This document shows positions 40,199-50,871 of a DNA stretch of 64,000 bases, in pieces. The DNA comes from a virus. Lineage: Duplodnaviria > Caudoviricetes. Location of the stretch: positions 1 through 64,000 of the IMG/VR virus record IMGVR_UViG_3300020576_006124; one strand, given 5' to 3'. Below the pieces are notes generated by a model. That model was not told the DNA's origin, searched no databases, and worked only from the letters and a program-made list of their open reading frames with translations. The first letter of the stretch is position 1. Each line of letters starts with the position of its first letter. The translations under genes and the position numbers were made by a program.

Positions 40199-41308
40199 CT
40201 AGATCTTTAGTACTCCCCTAAACTGATTTTCAAAAATCCAGTCGTTATCTAGCCTCTTTCTACTCTTTCTAAAAGAAATAAGAGAGTTACTAGAAATAAT
40301 TTCTACTATGGCCTTGCCACGACTTTCCTCTGATGTAAAATCACACAGAATGGTTTCGGGGGTTTTAAACTCTTGTACACATTCTATAGTTTCCTGAACT
40401 ACACAAGTTTGTTTACTGAGCATGGCTTCCATCCAAATAAGAGACATACTTTCACCAGCGGAGGAAAGTAGAAATAAATCACAGAAACTATTTACTTTCT
40501 CTACTATTTCTTTGGGTACTGAATTCCCTTTTTCAAAATAGTCATTTACAATAATAACCCTTATTTTACTTCTCTTTATTAAATCCCTTAACTCAGCCAA
40601 CTTTATAGGATCAGGGTAGGCTAAACTGAGCAATCCTAAACACTTCTTACCACTTTTAGATTGTAATTCTTCTAGGAATTTTATCCAAAGGCCTATTCTT
40701 TTCCCCCCACACAGCCTAACTGGATATTGACAAATATATTCATATTTCCAAAGATCTACCTCAGGAAATAACTTTACATCCTCTTTAAAGTTATAGATAG
40801 TTTTTATCTTACTCTCTGGAATTTTAAATCTAGATGTTAATTCTTCCCTATTTCCTGAGGAGGGAAATACATATTTAGATTTTGGAAATCGAGAAAAGCA
40901 TATGACTTCTGGGTAGGTTGCTATATAATCCTTACCAGGGGTAGAATGTACCCAATGATAAAACTGCTTCCCGTCTCTAGCCTCTAACAGGGCCGCAGCG
41001 TAGATAGAATAGTCTGGGAGAAATGCTATATCATGGGTCAGTATTTTATCTATCCCATTAAGGTAGGATTTTAAAATTAGACCAGTCTCAGTAATATATA
41101 TAGACTTATTTTGTTTATAATACCTATCAAAATACTTTACTTTGACATTTTTAGGGAGAAGGTTTTTGTCCTGAAAATCGCTTGTTGTTAAAAACAATAC
41201 TTCCTGACCCCTTCTACTTAGAACATCTAAAGTATTTTTTACTACCCCTGCTATAGAATAAGCCGGGTTTAAATCTCTCAAAGGAGCAACCAAAGCAATG
41301 CCTGACAT
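40199..41308 (-). CDS. GT-B (GT4-like) glycosyltransferase
   Basis: HWVHS, IYN, PVRL..GKR, DLFLLSS.GESMSL...EAM. Confidence 0.8.
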   Translation of the reverse strand: MSGIALVAPLRDLNPAYSIAGVVKNTLDVLSRRGQEVLFLTTSDFQDKNLLPKNVKVKYFDRYYKQNKSIYITETGLILKSYLNGIDKILTHDIAFLPDYSIYAAALLEARDGKQFYHWVHSTPGKDYIATYPEVICFSRFPKSKYVFPSSGNREELTSRFKIPESKIKTIYNFKEDVKLFPEVDLWKYEYICQYPVRLCGGKRIGLWIKFLEELQSKSGKKCLGLLSLAYPDPIKLAELRDLIKRSKIRVIIVNDYFEKGNSVPKEIVEKVNSFCDLFLLSSAGESMSLIWMEAMLSKQTCVVQETIECVQEFKTPETILCDFTSEESRGKAIVEIISSNSLISFRKSRKRLDNDWIFENQFRGVLKI

Positions 41309-41565
41309 GTTAGAAACTTCCTATGGTTTAAGAATCCAGTTTAAGTATATTCAAGATAGCACTGAAGCCTCCAGAATATACGGTAGATTAAGATATTTTT
41401 TTGTCGGAGCTAACAGAGAAAGGGAGATGTCTATTTTCTCTGAGTCCGAACTTGAAGAAATGTCTCAGAACCCCCAATCTATGAGCCTATCTCTTTACTA
41501 CGGTGATGATGCAGAGTTTAGGGATAAACTTAATGACTTTTTAAAAACTGAGCCCTCTGTAATAG

Positions 41566-42072
41566 CTACAGTAATTGATTAAGCATCCTATTTTCTTTAA
41601 AGTAGTCATCTACTATTTTATCTGCTTCAGATTTATTCTTTACGTAAGAGATATTTATAATAAAAAGAGTTATACCTTTATTTATACAGAGATTTGATCT
41701 TATTTTATCATTCTTTTGAACTTTTTTTAAATTCTCCTTCCCATAGATATTTTCTCTATGAACAGGGCCATTAACCTCAATTGCTATTTTATATTTAGGG
41801 ATATAAATGTCTAGTTCATACCCTATTTGCTTTCTGTCGTTCTTAAAAATTCTTATATCCGGTCTAACTCTTTCTCTTATACTCTCATAGATAAACTCTT
41901 CTGATTTACTTCTAGTTGTTTTTTTAAAGTGGTGGACTTTTAAGAGACACGCATAACAACAAAAGTTCTCTTCAACCCACCAGAACTTTTTCTTTAGTGA
42001 TTTAGGGATATTAGTTTCTGAAGAAAAACTAATTTTACAAGAAGAACAAACTCGAATCATGACTCTTATCAA
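41566..42072 (-). CDS. PD-(D/E)xK (Vsr/DUF559-like) endonuclease with Zn finger, putative homing endonuclease
   Basis: SKSEE, ELDIYIP..KIAIEVNG..H, D..R...C...GI.L; antisense, overlapping the start of the RNAP-like gene. Confidence 0.8.
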   Translation of the reverse strand: MIRVMIRVCSSCKISFSSETNIPKSLKKKFWWVEENFCCYACLLKVHHFKKTTRSKSEEFIYESIRERVRPDIRIFKNDRKQIGYELDIYIPKYKIAIEVNGPVHRENIYGKENLKKVQKNDKIRSNLCINKGITLFIINISYVKNKSEADKIVDDYFKENRMLNQLL

Positions 42073-43168
42073 ACAGATTTCTAGTCCCTCTCACATTTTA
42101 AATACGGAACTACCTAAAACTATTAGAGTAGGTAATGAAGAAATTTCAATTCCTCAATGCCTCTTACATAAGTCAGTACAGTTCTCTCTTACTAAAGAGG
42201 GGATTCTAGAAACTTGTTTTATTGCACCCACTCTAGCTTACCTTCTAAAAGCAGCCTCATCAGAATCCCCACAAAAAGACTTTCAACTAGCTAGAAAGTT
42301 TCTTCTTTCTGCTATTCAAGACCTAGTAGAAAGTCAGCTTATTTCTGGCAGAGTACACCAAGGATATATGGGATTGGTTCAAGTTAATTCCCATTTAGAC
42401 ACAAATAGAGTAGCCCTTTCTAAAAGAACCTGGGAAGTCCTTTGTGAAGAGAGTAAAAAATGGAAAGACTGTTCTAAGATTATAGCCATTAGGTATCCCA
42501 ATTTAGGGCCCAAAACTACTTCCGTCCTGGAACTTCAAATTATAGAGGACTCTCCTTTAGGACTATCATTTGGAGCTTCTGATGGTATTTTAGATGGAGT
42601 ATATGTACATCCTACTACAATAAAAGAGAATTTTGAGGGTGATGCAGATGGAGATACTTTATTTTTAATACCCTTTGAAAATAATGGGAGCTTTATTGCA
42701 CCCCTTGCAAATTCTAGATCTAATGATTTGTTTTTAACAGAGAATCTTAGAGAAGAAATGCTTAAGAAGTTTTCTAGGTGTGATAGGTCAGATTCTAGAC
42801 TTAGCAATCATCTTTCTACTTGCTTTGATCCAGGTCTGATTGGTCTTGCTACCTATATAGTTAGAAGCAGATTAAGGAGATATGCTACAGCCAATAAATG
42901 TACTCTTAAGAAAGCATGGGATGCGGTAGCTCCAGAGGGACTACAATTAATAGAATCTGTCATGGATCTTAAAAAAGGAAATATGACACCCCAACAAGTA
43001 GATTCTCTTGTTAAACAAATAGAAAAAGAGAGTCTTCAGGTTGCAACTATAAGAAATTCTGGGGATCCTTATCACTCACTTATTACATCTAGCACATTAC
43101 CAGAAAACTTCCCATTAGTTTATCCTACTCTTTCGTCATTTGTGGAGCAGGCTTTTGGAACCCATTAA
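42059..43168 (+). CDS. RNA polymerase beta'-like catalytic double-psi barrel subunit
   Basis: IRYPNL and VHP....NFEGDADGD (DxDGD Mg-binding motif). Confidence 0.8.
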   Translation: MTLIKQISSPSHILNTELPKTIRVGNEEISIPQCLLHKSVQFSLTKEGILETCFIAPTLAYLLKAASSESPQKDFQLARKFLLSAIQDLVESQLISGRVHQGYMGLVQVNSHLDTNRVALSKRTWEVLCEESKKWKDCSKIIAIRYPNLGPKTTSVLELQIIEDSPLGLSFGASDGILDGVYVHPTTIKENFEGDADGDTLFLIPFENNGSFIAPLANSRSNDLFLTENLREEMLKKFSRCDRSDSRLSNHLSTCFDPGLIGLATYIVRSRLRRYATANKCTLKKAWDAVAPEGLQLIESVMDLKKGNMTPQQVDSLVKQIEKESLQVATIRNSGDPYHSLITSSTLPENFPLVYPTLSSFVEQAFGTH

Positions 43169-43430
43169 AATATTAGTATCTGGTACCTTTATTATGGGAG
43201 AGAATAATCCCATTTGCATTTGTGGTTGCCCCCTAGAGAAGTTTACTGGATTTATACCTAGTCAGCTCTCTATGAAAAATTCTAGGGAGGTTGACTTACT
43301 TTCTATCCCAAATGATCAGTTTTCAGGAGAAACCTTTTGCCCACTTTGCGAAAGGATTCATACGTATACTTTTGAGATTGACAGAAGCACATCTATTCCT
43401 TTTTTAAAAGCCACTCCACTAGAAAAATGA
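43140..43430 (+). CDS. Zn-ribbon protein between the RNAP-like genes
   Basis: CICGCP...FCPLC. Confidence 0.55.
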   Translation: MWSRLLEPIKILVSGTFIMGENNPICICGCPLEKFTGFIPSQLSMKNSREVDLLSIPNDQFSGETFCPLCERIHTYTFEIDRSTSIPFLKATPLEK

Positions 43431-44767
43431 AAATAGCAACCAGAAACCATTTTACCACAAACTTTGTTAGGGAAGTAGTATCTTACTCTGGTACGGATTA
43501 CTATGGAGTGGAAATTGCTATACCACCTGTTTTTACCTATGATCAAAAAGAATACACACTAGAGGCACCACAAAAGATTTTAACTTCTTACAAGTTTAAT
43601 CCATTTAAAGATACAGGAAAGTCTTATCATATCTTCAGAAAGTCATTCTATGAATCCCTCTCTAGATTTCCTAAATTAAACTTAGATAATCTGGGGAAGA
43701 AGCATACTCTAGCAGAGTTCCTTTACTCATCCATTGTTTATTTTAGGCCTACATCCACTTTCGAATCTTATCTTTCTAAGCTTCCTTTTTCTCAAAGGGG
43801 TGAAGAGTTATCTTCTACTCTTATTACCTTAGCGGATAAAATTAAAAAAGACTACTCTCTCTCTTTAGACCTCTGGGCTGTACCTAAAAGAGAAGTTGGT
43901 AGTCTTATCCATATATCAGATGAAAACGGTTATTCTAGAATATCAAAGTTAATTTCTTTTGGATACCATAAGACTTTTCCACAAGACAGAATAACCAGAG
44001 AATCTGGATCCTTGAAAGAGTCTTATCGGTACAATAATCCTAACCATTTGGGGTATAAGTTTAATGAAATTATTGCCCCCTACGTTACTATGCTGAAAGT
44101 AGCTGTTATTTTCCCTAGGGAGAATATGGCTGATGGGGGTGAGTTTTTCTCCTCTGCGATTCCTCATTTATCTACATCTTTTACTCGGGACCGAGAAGTA
44201 GATCTTTATTCTAAGGAATACCCTGAGTCTATCATAGATATAAATGTCTCTAGTACATCAATTTCTCTAAAAAGAGTTCTAAGGACTATTATAAATGAGA
44301 ATCAATATTTAATGGGTCCTCTAAGATTGGTTTTACCTGGAGGAGTAAAGGTTTGTGCAAGTTTTAATAATAACCAGGCCATAGATAAGAATAATCAACC
44401 AATTGATCTTCTACTAGATTATAGAACCTTTGTCTCTAAAGGGGCAGTAGGAACTTTAATGATGCTGCAAAAAGGATTAGGGATTTGCCCTACGGCGGAG
44501 GAAGCATTGGAGTATTTTAACTCAGGATTAAAAATGACTACTATAAAGATAGGAGCTGAAACCTTAAACGCCCTAGTAGGTCATTTACCTATTTTCAGAC
44601 CTAGTCAAAGTTACTTAACACTCAATAAGCCCGGAGTAGTAGGATTAGATATTATTTCTAGAATTGTAACGGATTCTTCTCTATATCCTCATAAAGAAAC
44701 AGAAAGAGACTACCAAGAACTCTCCAGACTTTACTCACAAATCAGAACCCATGAACTCATCAACTAA
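43427..44767 (+). CDS. RNA polymerase beta-like double-psi barrel subunit
   Basis: LKVAVI...ENMADG (cf. N.ED), GGVKV (cf. G.KG), PIDLLLDYRTFVSKG (cf. PDLI.NP....SR). Confidence 0.55.
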   Translation: MKIATRNHFTTNFVREVVSYSGTDYYGVEIAIPPVFTYDQKEYTLEAPQKILTSYKFNPFKDTGKSYHIFRKSFYESLSRFPKLNLDNLGKKHTLAEFLYSSIVYFRPTSTFESYLSKLPFSQRGEELSSTLITLADKIKKDYSLSLDLWAVPKREVGSLIHISDENGYSRISKLISFGYHKTFPQDRITRESGSLKESYRYNNPNHLGYKFNEIIAPYVTMLKVAVIFPRENMADGGEFFSSAIPHLSTSFTRDREVDLYSKEYPESIIDINVSSTSISLKRVLRTIINENQYLMGPLRLVLPGGVKVCASFNNNQAIDKNNQPIDLLLDYRTFVSKGAVGTLMMLQKGLGICPTAEEALEYFNSGLKMTTIKIGAETLNALVGHLPIFRPSQSYLTLNKPGVVGLDIISRIVTDSSLYPHKETERDYQELSRLYSQIRTHELIN

Positions 44768-46274
44768 GTCCGAAATCGTTTGTTTAGTCCCTGAGCTTTT
44801 ATTTGATCAGGCAGCGGGAATGTTAGAGAGAATTGCTTACTCTAACATTGCGGGGAACCCTGAGAGGCCCATTATTCCTCTTTTTGTAGCTCCCCCAGGA
44901 GTGGGAAAAAATGCTCTTATTAACGATCTTTTACGGAACCTAAACTCCGGACAGTTAAAAGAGAATATCATTAACTCTGGTGCAGTAAAAGCTGAAGATT
45001 ACAAAGAATGGGAGATCTTCCCCCTTAGAGTTAGCCAGAAAGATAATGTAGGTATTGCGGGGGCTTGTACAATTGTTAAGGATTCTGAGAATCAATCTTA
45101 CACCTATACTGCTCCTCCTGCCGGTTTTCCTCTTCTAAATAACCCCTCTTCCGCAAAAGGGAAAAACATCTTAATTGTCTTAGATGAGTTTGGGCAAGCA
45201 GTTCCTGCTGTTCAAAGTTTAGCCGCTAGTTATCTAGATGGAGAAATTGGGTCTGAGAGGTTTGATCCTTCTAGAGTTCTTTTAGTTATACTTACTAATG
45301 GAGTCAAAGATGGAGCGGCATCAAATATGATTCCAGCACAGATTAGAAATCGTGTAGTCATGTTCTCCCTTAAGCCAAGTATTGCCCAGTGGACTAGGGA
45401 TTTTGCTCTAAAAAATGGCATTCCAATCTCAGTTATCAGTTACCTAAACGAAAAGGGTAATTCTTATTTCTTTTTAGATACTCAGGAAGAACTAAAGAAG
45501 GTTGTAAATACCATGTCTCCCTTCCAGAGCCCTAGAAGTTGGACCACTTTTTCAAATTTGCTTTCTGCGTGTTATACTAATGAAAAACTGGAACATATTA
45601 TGTCCAAACATTGGGACTCAAAAATAAATCCAGCAGAGGATGCGGAACAAAACCTAATTAGAGCTATGGCTATAGGGGCGCTAGGTCTGGATAAGGGGAA
45701 TGATTTTATTACTTGGTTGATAGAGATATCCAAATTAGTAAGACTCTCTGATATTATTTCCGGCACCTCTAAAGATGCATCTCAAATTAGTAAAGAGAGC
45801 CATCAAAAAGTTCTATTCTATATATCCTATCAATTAAGGTCCTTTATTAATTCTATTGGGGCAGAGTTCCAGGAGTTTAGAAATTCCAAAACTGCTATAG
45901 ACCCCAAAAACCCTAATGAAGTTAGAGACCTATTTCAAGGATTTTTTAAGGGATCCGATCTAAGTACTTCAATAGACCGAGTATCTTTATGGATTATGGA
46001 CCTACTATCAAGAACTCCTAAAGATAACTTGTTTATTCTTATTCCTACTCTTAGCCTTATTTTACCTCCAACTAATCAGTTAGCTTATATGCCCATTTCC
46101 AACATTAACGAAGCTAGAAAGCTAGCTGCTTCATCAGAAACCGTAAAAAGAAATCTTGACTTTACTCTTTCTACCTGGCCAATGTCTTTTGTAGATTTAT
46201 ATAGCCTTTGTCAAGAAGGGGGAGAGAAAGATCATAATTTAGTCTTGAGTAAATACTCAAAAGAAACAAGATGA
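44751..46274 (+). CDS. MoxR-like AAA+ ATPase
   Basis: Walker A APPGVGKN, Walker B IVLDEF, sensor LTN, IRNR, SPRSW. Confidence 0.88.
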   Translation: MNSSTKSEIVCLVPELLFDQAAGMLERIAYSNIAGNPERPIIPLFVAPPGVGKNALINDLLRNLNSGQLKENIINSGAVKAEDYKEWEIFPLRVSQKDNVGIAGACTIVKDSENQSYTYTAPPAGFPLLNNPSSAKGKNILIVLDEFGQAVPAVQSLAASYLDGEIGSERFDPSRVLLVILTNGVKDGAASNMIPAQIRNRVVMFSLKPSIAQWTRDFALKNGIPISVISYLNEKGNSYFFLDTQEELKKVVNTMSPFQSPRSWTTFSNLLSACYTNEKLEHIMSKHWDSKINPAEDAEQNLIRAMAIGALGLDKGNDFITWLIEISKLVRLSDIISGTSKDASQISKESHQKVLFYISYQLRSFINSIGAEFQEFRNSKTAIDPKNPNEVRDLFQGFFKGSDLSTSIDRVSLWIMDLLSRTPKDNLFILIPTLSLILPPTNQLAYMPISNINEARKLAASSETVKRNLDFTLSTWPMSFVDLYSLCQEGGEKDHNLVLSKYSKETR

Positions 46275-47650
46275 AAGACACACTATCCAGATTCTTTCGA
46301 AGGGCGGGCGGATCTCCTGTTGTAGGAGCCGCTCTCTCTTTAAAGTGGGAAACCTCAGATATAGGAGGACCCCACCCCTTCTATATTAAAAAAGACTCTA
46401 TTATTACCAATCTTAGCTGGATAGCTAGAAAACCCACAGAGTCAGAAAAACTAAGGATAGAACAAACTCTTGCTTTTGCTGCTTATTTTTATATACTAGG
46501 GTTTTCGAAAAAAGAAAAAGGAACTCTTTTTCCTCATATAGCTTATTTATCTAAATATATTTCTACAGCTTTAATGGTATCTTTTGATCCCAACATTAAA
46601 TTTTTAATGTTAAACACCCCTAATGGACAAGAGGATTGTACTATAAATGGGACATTTTTTAAACCTTTGCAAGAAAAAGGTTTAAAAATAAGTCTTCCTG
46701 TAACTCTTAAAAAGAACCTACTATTAAATGTTAGCATGGAAGAAACTGTAGCTTCCATTAATCTTTCTGAGAAAGCTACATGGACCTACATTTATTCAAG
46801 TCTATGCCAGACATTTGACAGTGCTAAACTAGATGAGGACCTTAGAAATATCTTTATTATCCCAACAGAGAATGAAGATAGTGATCCAGACTCTGAGATT
46901 TGGAAAAATAATGTTCTTGTAAGTCTTGGTCAAGAAGAATTTACATCCGGTCAGGATGAGGAAAGAAAAAGCCAGATGACAAACTTCTTTTCTCAAATGA
47001 AAGGGGTTTGGGGTAGTCATTCTGACGGATTCTTAGATGTATTTGAAATCCCAGATCAAGAGACATCTTTTATTGATTTTAAAGATCTTCTATCTTCTAA
47101 TATAAAATCTAATCTTCATACTGATGGGGATTTTTCCTGGCAAGTAAAAAGACATGGAGAAAATTCTTCCATACCCTTAGAGCCAAGATTAATCGGAACA
47201 AAATTTAAGACTTTATTCTTTTGTACTGATACCTCTGGTTCTATGTCAAGAGAGGAGCTGATTGACTCAGCGTCTGAAACAAAGAACTTCCTTTCGTCTG
47301 ATGCTAAAACTAGTTTTATAAATATTCAATTTGATACTGATATTCAGCATGTAGCAGAATTTACCCCTTACGATTACATAGAACTCGACGATATCATTCC
47401 AAACGGTTTTAAGGGAAGAGGGGGAACTGATCTTAATAAGCTCTTTTTCTATATTGAAGATTACATCTATGATAATTCTTTATCTGTAGAAGATTTAGTA
47501 GTCGTAATCCATACAGACCTAGGTTTCGCAGTTCCTGTTGAACCTTCTTTTGGAGAAAAGATAGTTTGGGTAAGTAGATTTGAGAAGACTATGCCATATG
47601 GAACCCTTGTTCAAGTTAGAGACACGACCAAAATCCACGGGATTTATTAA
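46271..47650 (+). CDS. VWA-domain protein (DUF2201-like), MoxR partner
   Basis: MIDAS DTSGSMS, QFDT.I, GRGGTD, IHTD.G. Confidence 0.85.
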   Translation: MKDTLSRFFRRAGGSPVVGAALSLKWETSDIGGPHPFYIKKDSIITNLSWIARKPTESEKLRIEQTLAFAAYFYILGFSKKEKGTLFPHIAYLSKYISTALMVSFDPNIKFLMLNTPNGQEDCTINGTFFKPLQEKGLKISLPVTLKKNLLLNVSMEETVASINLSEKATWTYIYSSLCQTFDSAKLDEDLRNIFIIPTENEDSDPDSEIWKNNVLVSLGQEEFTSGQDEERKSQMTNFFSQMKGVWGSHSDGFLDVFEIPDQETSFIDFKDLLSSNIKSNLHTDGDFSWQVKRHGENSSIPLEPRLIGTKFKTLFFCTDTSGSMSREELIDSASETKNFLSSDAKTSFINIQFDTDIQHVAEFTPYDYIELDDIIPNGFKGRGGTDLNKLFFYIEDYIYDNSLSVEDLVVVIHTDLGFAVPVEPSFGEKIVWVSRFEKTMPYGTLVQVRDTTKIHGIY

Positions 47651-49221
47651 TACAGAGTACTTCTCCATTCCGGGATATTTACAACCTATATTAAAGTTCC
47701 CTAAAAACCACATTAATTATATAGTATCAGAGAATACGGAAGAAGCCACCTCTCTAGTTAATTATATACTAGAAAGATATCAGAACAGTATCCTGATAGG
47801 GTTTCAGATTAATAAAGACTTATACCCTGAAGAGTCTTTAATCTTCAACTATTCTTCTGAGGAAGAATTTACTTCTATGATTAGAGATATAGTCATGAAA
47901 GTAAAAGACTGTATTCTTTTAATTGATGGAATTCGGTTTCTTCCAATGAATTCTTTAAAACTTTTAAAGGCTTTAGGAATAACCGCAATAGTAGTTTCTT
48001 TGAAGGGAAGAAGAAAAATTTTTCTTGACGAAAATACCATTTTCATTAAAAGAAGAAAACTAATAAGTTACATACACCACCAAATCGGGTATATTGTACA
48101 AATAGATTCTATTTGGGGCTCTAAAAAACATTTTTTTGCTTTTTCTACTTTAAAACTCTCATCTTTCTATGATAACAATATTGAGTCTTATAGTAAAGGA
48201 GTAAGAAAGTTTGAAATAAACGGTAGAAAACTGTCCCTACTAAAATGTCTAATTTTGGAAAATTATAAAAACTATGATCACATTATCTAACGGAAAAGTC
48301 GTCCTTGAAACACAAGAGGGCAAGATTGAATTTGCTCCAGACAAAAGTCTGCAGACTATACATGTTCATGCCGAAGTAGATACTACTACTGGTAAGATTG
48401 TTAGTTATTCTCTTTCTCCTGGTAGTCAGAAAGAAATTATCGAAGAGGTTACTAAGGAGTCTACGAAATCAAAGGATACAGGGGCTAAGAAAGTCTCTGA
48501 GGAGACGGTAAGGGAAAATGATAGTCCAACAACTTCATCTTAACTTTATAAAGGACGGAGAAGACCATTATTCTGTAACTGTGCAACAGCCTGACGGATC
48601 CTTTAAAGTAGTTCCTGTAAGGGTGCCCTCTGGCTCCAGTCTGGATTTAATTCCAGCACTTGCATCAGAGGCGGTTTCTAGTCTAGATAAAGCTATCCCA
48701 GACTTATTTACTAGCTTAAAAGAGCTCTCATCTATAGATCTTTCCTCTATAGATGAAAAGTATGAAAAGAGTGTCTTAGGAAATCCGATCTCTAATCCAT
48801 TGAAAGCTAAAGTGGAGGAACTGGTAGGAAAGTTACAATGGCCAGCCATTAGGAACTTAGAAACTTATACTAATAAAGAAGCTATCGTACTACTAAAACT
48901 CTTACAGATTAAACTAGGAGAATAAGAATGACAGTTTGTTTACAGGCTGTATGTCAAGTAATTAATAATAATTACTTTCTGAAGGATTTGGATACTGGAG
49001 AAAGGTATCCAGCAGTCTTCTTAGAAGAGATTACTCCAGGAACAGAGGGACTATTCATAGGAACCTTCTGTTCCGGAATAGTCAACGTCTCCAAAAGAGA
49101 TGTGAGAGAATTTATTAATCCTTTTTACGAGGAGGATGTAATCTTACTCGGCTCCGAATTTTTTGCTGAGAACACCCTTCCATTTGATTTAACTACACTA
49201 TATGAAACTATCCCCTCTTGA
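47580..49221 (+). other. hypothetical genes (47580 possibly a degenerate RecA-fold, 48274, 48518, 48928)
   Basis: 47580 has Walker-B-like ILLIDGI but no Walker A. Confidence 0.45.
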
Positions 49222-50275
49222 AACTTTTGAAAAAGCCAAAGGGAACTTATCTAATGCTATTATAGGGGAGCTTGAAAAGGCCAGAATAGCTTTTTCTAAA
49301 AGAAGTGGTCCCTACCTAAAATGGTTTCCAGATATTGATCCAGATGATAACGCCCTAGTCTTTCCCTCTCTTTATGGAGATGATAAAAATACTGTAACTA
49401 AAAGTCTAGTAGACTTTACAGAAGGTTTAGGGGTTATAGCTGGAAATCCTAATGCAGGTAAAAGTTCGGTAATAATCTCCCTTATTCATGGCCTACTATC
49501 CCAACAAAATGATGTAGTCGTAGTAGATATATCTTATGATGATGGCTACTCCTACAGATATTTACAACACCTTTGTTTTCTTACAGGTCTTGTGTATAGT
49601 GAGGTTAGTAACTATTCTCTTCTAAGCCCAGAAAAGAAACAGGTTTACGACAAAGCTGATAAGCACCTAAAATCCATAATTCAAAGTGAAACATTCTATC
49701 TTTTTGGTCCTAGTTTAAAAGTTGATACTGAAGAAAGACCTATAACTCTCAGGGTTGATCAGCTTAGCCACATCCCCTCTTTATTTACTTTTCTTCGAAA
49801 GATCCATCCAGATAAAAAAATAGTAGTCTTTATCGACGCTCTTAATGATATAGTATTTGACAGTGTAGCCAACTCAGATCTAACCAAAGATGACATGGTC
49901 ATCACTACACTCTCCAAATCCTGCATAGAGAACAAACTTGTCTGTATGCTGAGTACCCATTTAAGGAAAAACAAAGACGATATTTCCATCGAGGATATTA
50001 AAGGATCCAAAACTTTAGAGTATGCAACTAAGGTTGTATACCTCGTTAGAAACATGAGAAGAGAGGGGGTAGAAAATTGTCCTAAGGTAAACATTAATGG
50101 CTATCTAATAGACCCTCTTATACTCCAAGTAGCTAAATCGAAAGTCTCTAGTTTCCAGACCAATATAGTTTTTGGGATAGATAGTTCAAGATGTAGACTT
50201 TATCCTGTAACTTTAGAGGACTACAATAAGGTTAATAAGGACTTTTATAATTATCTTAAGTATAAAACAAAATGA
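49202..50275 (+). CDS. DnaB-like (SF4) replicative helicase
   Basis: AGNPNAGKS, VFID, STHLRK, DIKGSKTLEY, VAKSK. Confidence 0.82.
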   Translation: MKLSPLETFEKAKGNLSNAIIGELEKARIAFSKRSGPYLKWFPDIDPDDNALVFPSLYGDDKNTVTKSLVDFTEGLGVIAGNPNAGKSSVIISLIHGLLSQQNDVVVVDISYDDGYSYRYLQHLCFLTGLVYSEVSNYSLLSPEKKQVYDKADKHLKSIIQSETFYLFGPSLKVDTEERPITLRVDQLSHIPSLFTFLRKIHPDKKIVVFIDALNDIVFDSVANSDLTKDDMVITTLSKSCIENKLVCMLSTHLRKNKDDISIEDIKGSKTLEYATKVVYLVRNMRREGVENCPKVNINGYLIDPLILQVAKSKVSSFQTNIVFGIDSSRCRLYPVTLEDYNKVNKDFYNYLKYKTK

Positions 50276-50709
50276 TAACTATTGACTTTTTAAAAATCTC
50301 CTCCTCTTTATCAGACCTAAGTATAGAGGAGGCTGAGGATGTAAAAAAACTTATAAGAAACTTTTATAATCAAGAATATACTAGGTTTGAGAAACTAAAG
50401 CAGGATGTTGATGATAACAACGAGATAGACCCCGTTATACTCTATCCTAGATTCCTATATTACAAAGATACCTTCAGTAAAATTGTAGCTATCGGAGACT
50501 CTCTGAAAGAGCAACTAGTAGCCCATTGGTATAATAATTTGATTTTAACCAATGTTGAGACTAAAGAAAAAAAAGTATCTTACACCGCTGAGGACAGGAA
50601 GGTACTAGCTAAAGGAAAAACAGCAGACATAGACTCCTTAGTGTCTCTAGCCAAAGCCTCTCTTGCTGAAGCTACAAGTAGAATGTACCAATATAGGGTT
50701 ACATTCTAA
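50272..50709 (+). CDS. helical hypothetical protein (UvsY-like position)
   Basis: 145-aa helical ORF between helicase and resolvase. Confidence 0.45.
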   Translation: MITIDFLKISSSLSDLSIEEAEDVKKLIRNFYNQEYTRFEKLKQDVDDNNEIDPVILYPRFLYYKDTFSKIVAIGDSLKEQLVAHWYNNLILTNVETKEKKVSYTAEDRKVLAKGKTADIDSLVSLAKASLAEATSRMYQYRVTF

Positions 50710-50871
50710 AAAAAAGCATTATGAAAACAATCCTAAACCAAGAGCAAATACTAGATATTCTTTCCAACCACTTAAGCATTCCAGTAGACCAAATCGCAAT
50801 TAGGTGCGAAACTCTATCTTTGCCTGATGGAAGTTGGCCCATAGGAAAGGAATTTTCCTTAGTTTCCTTAC

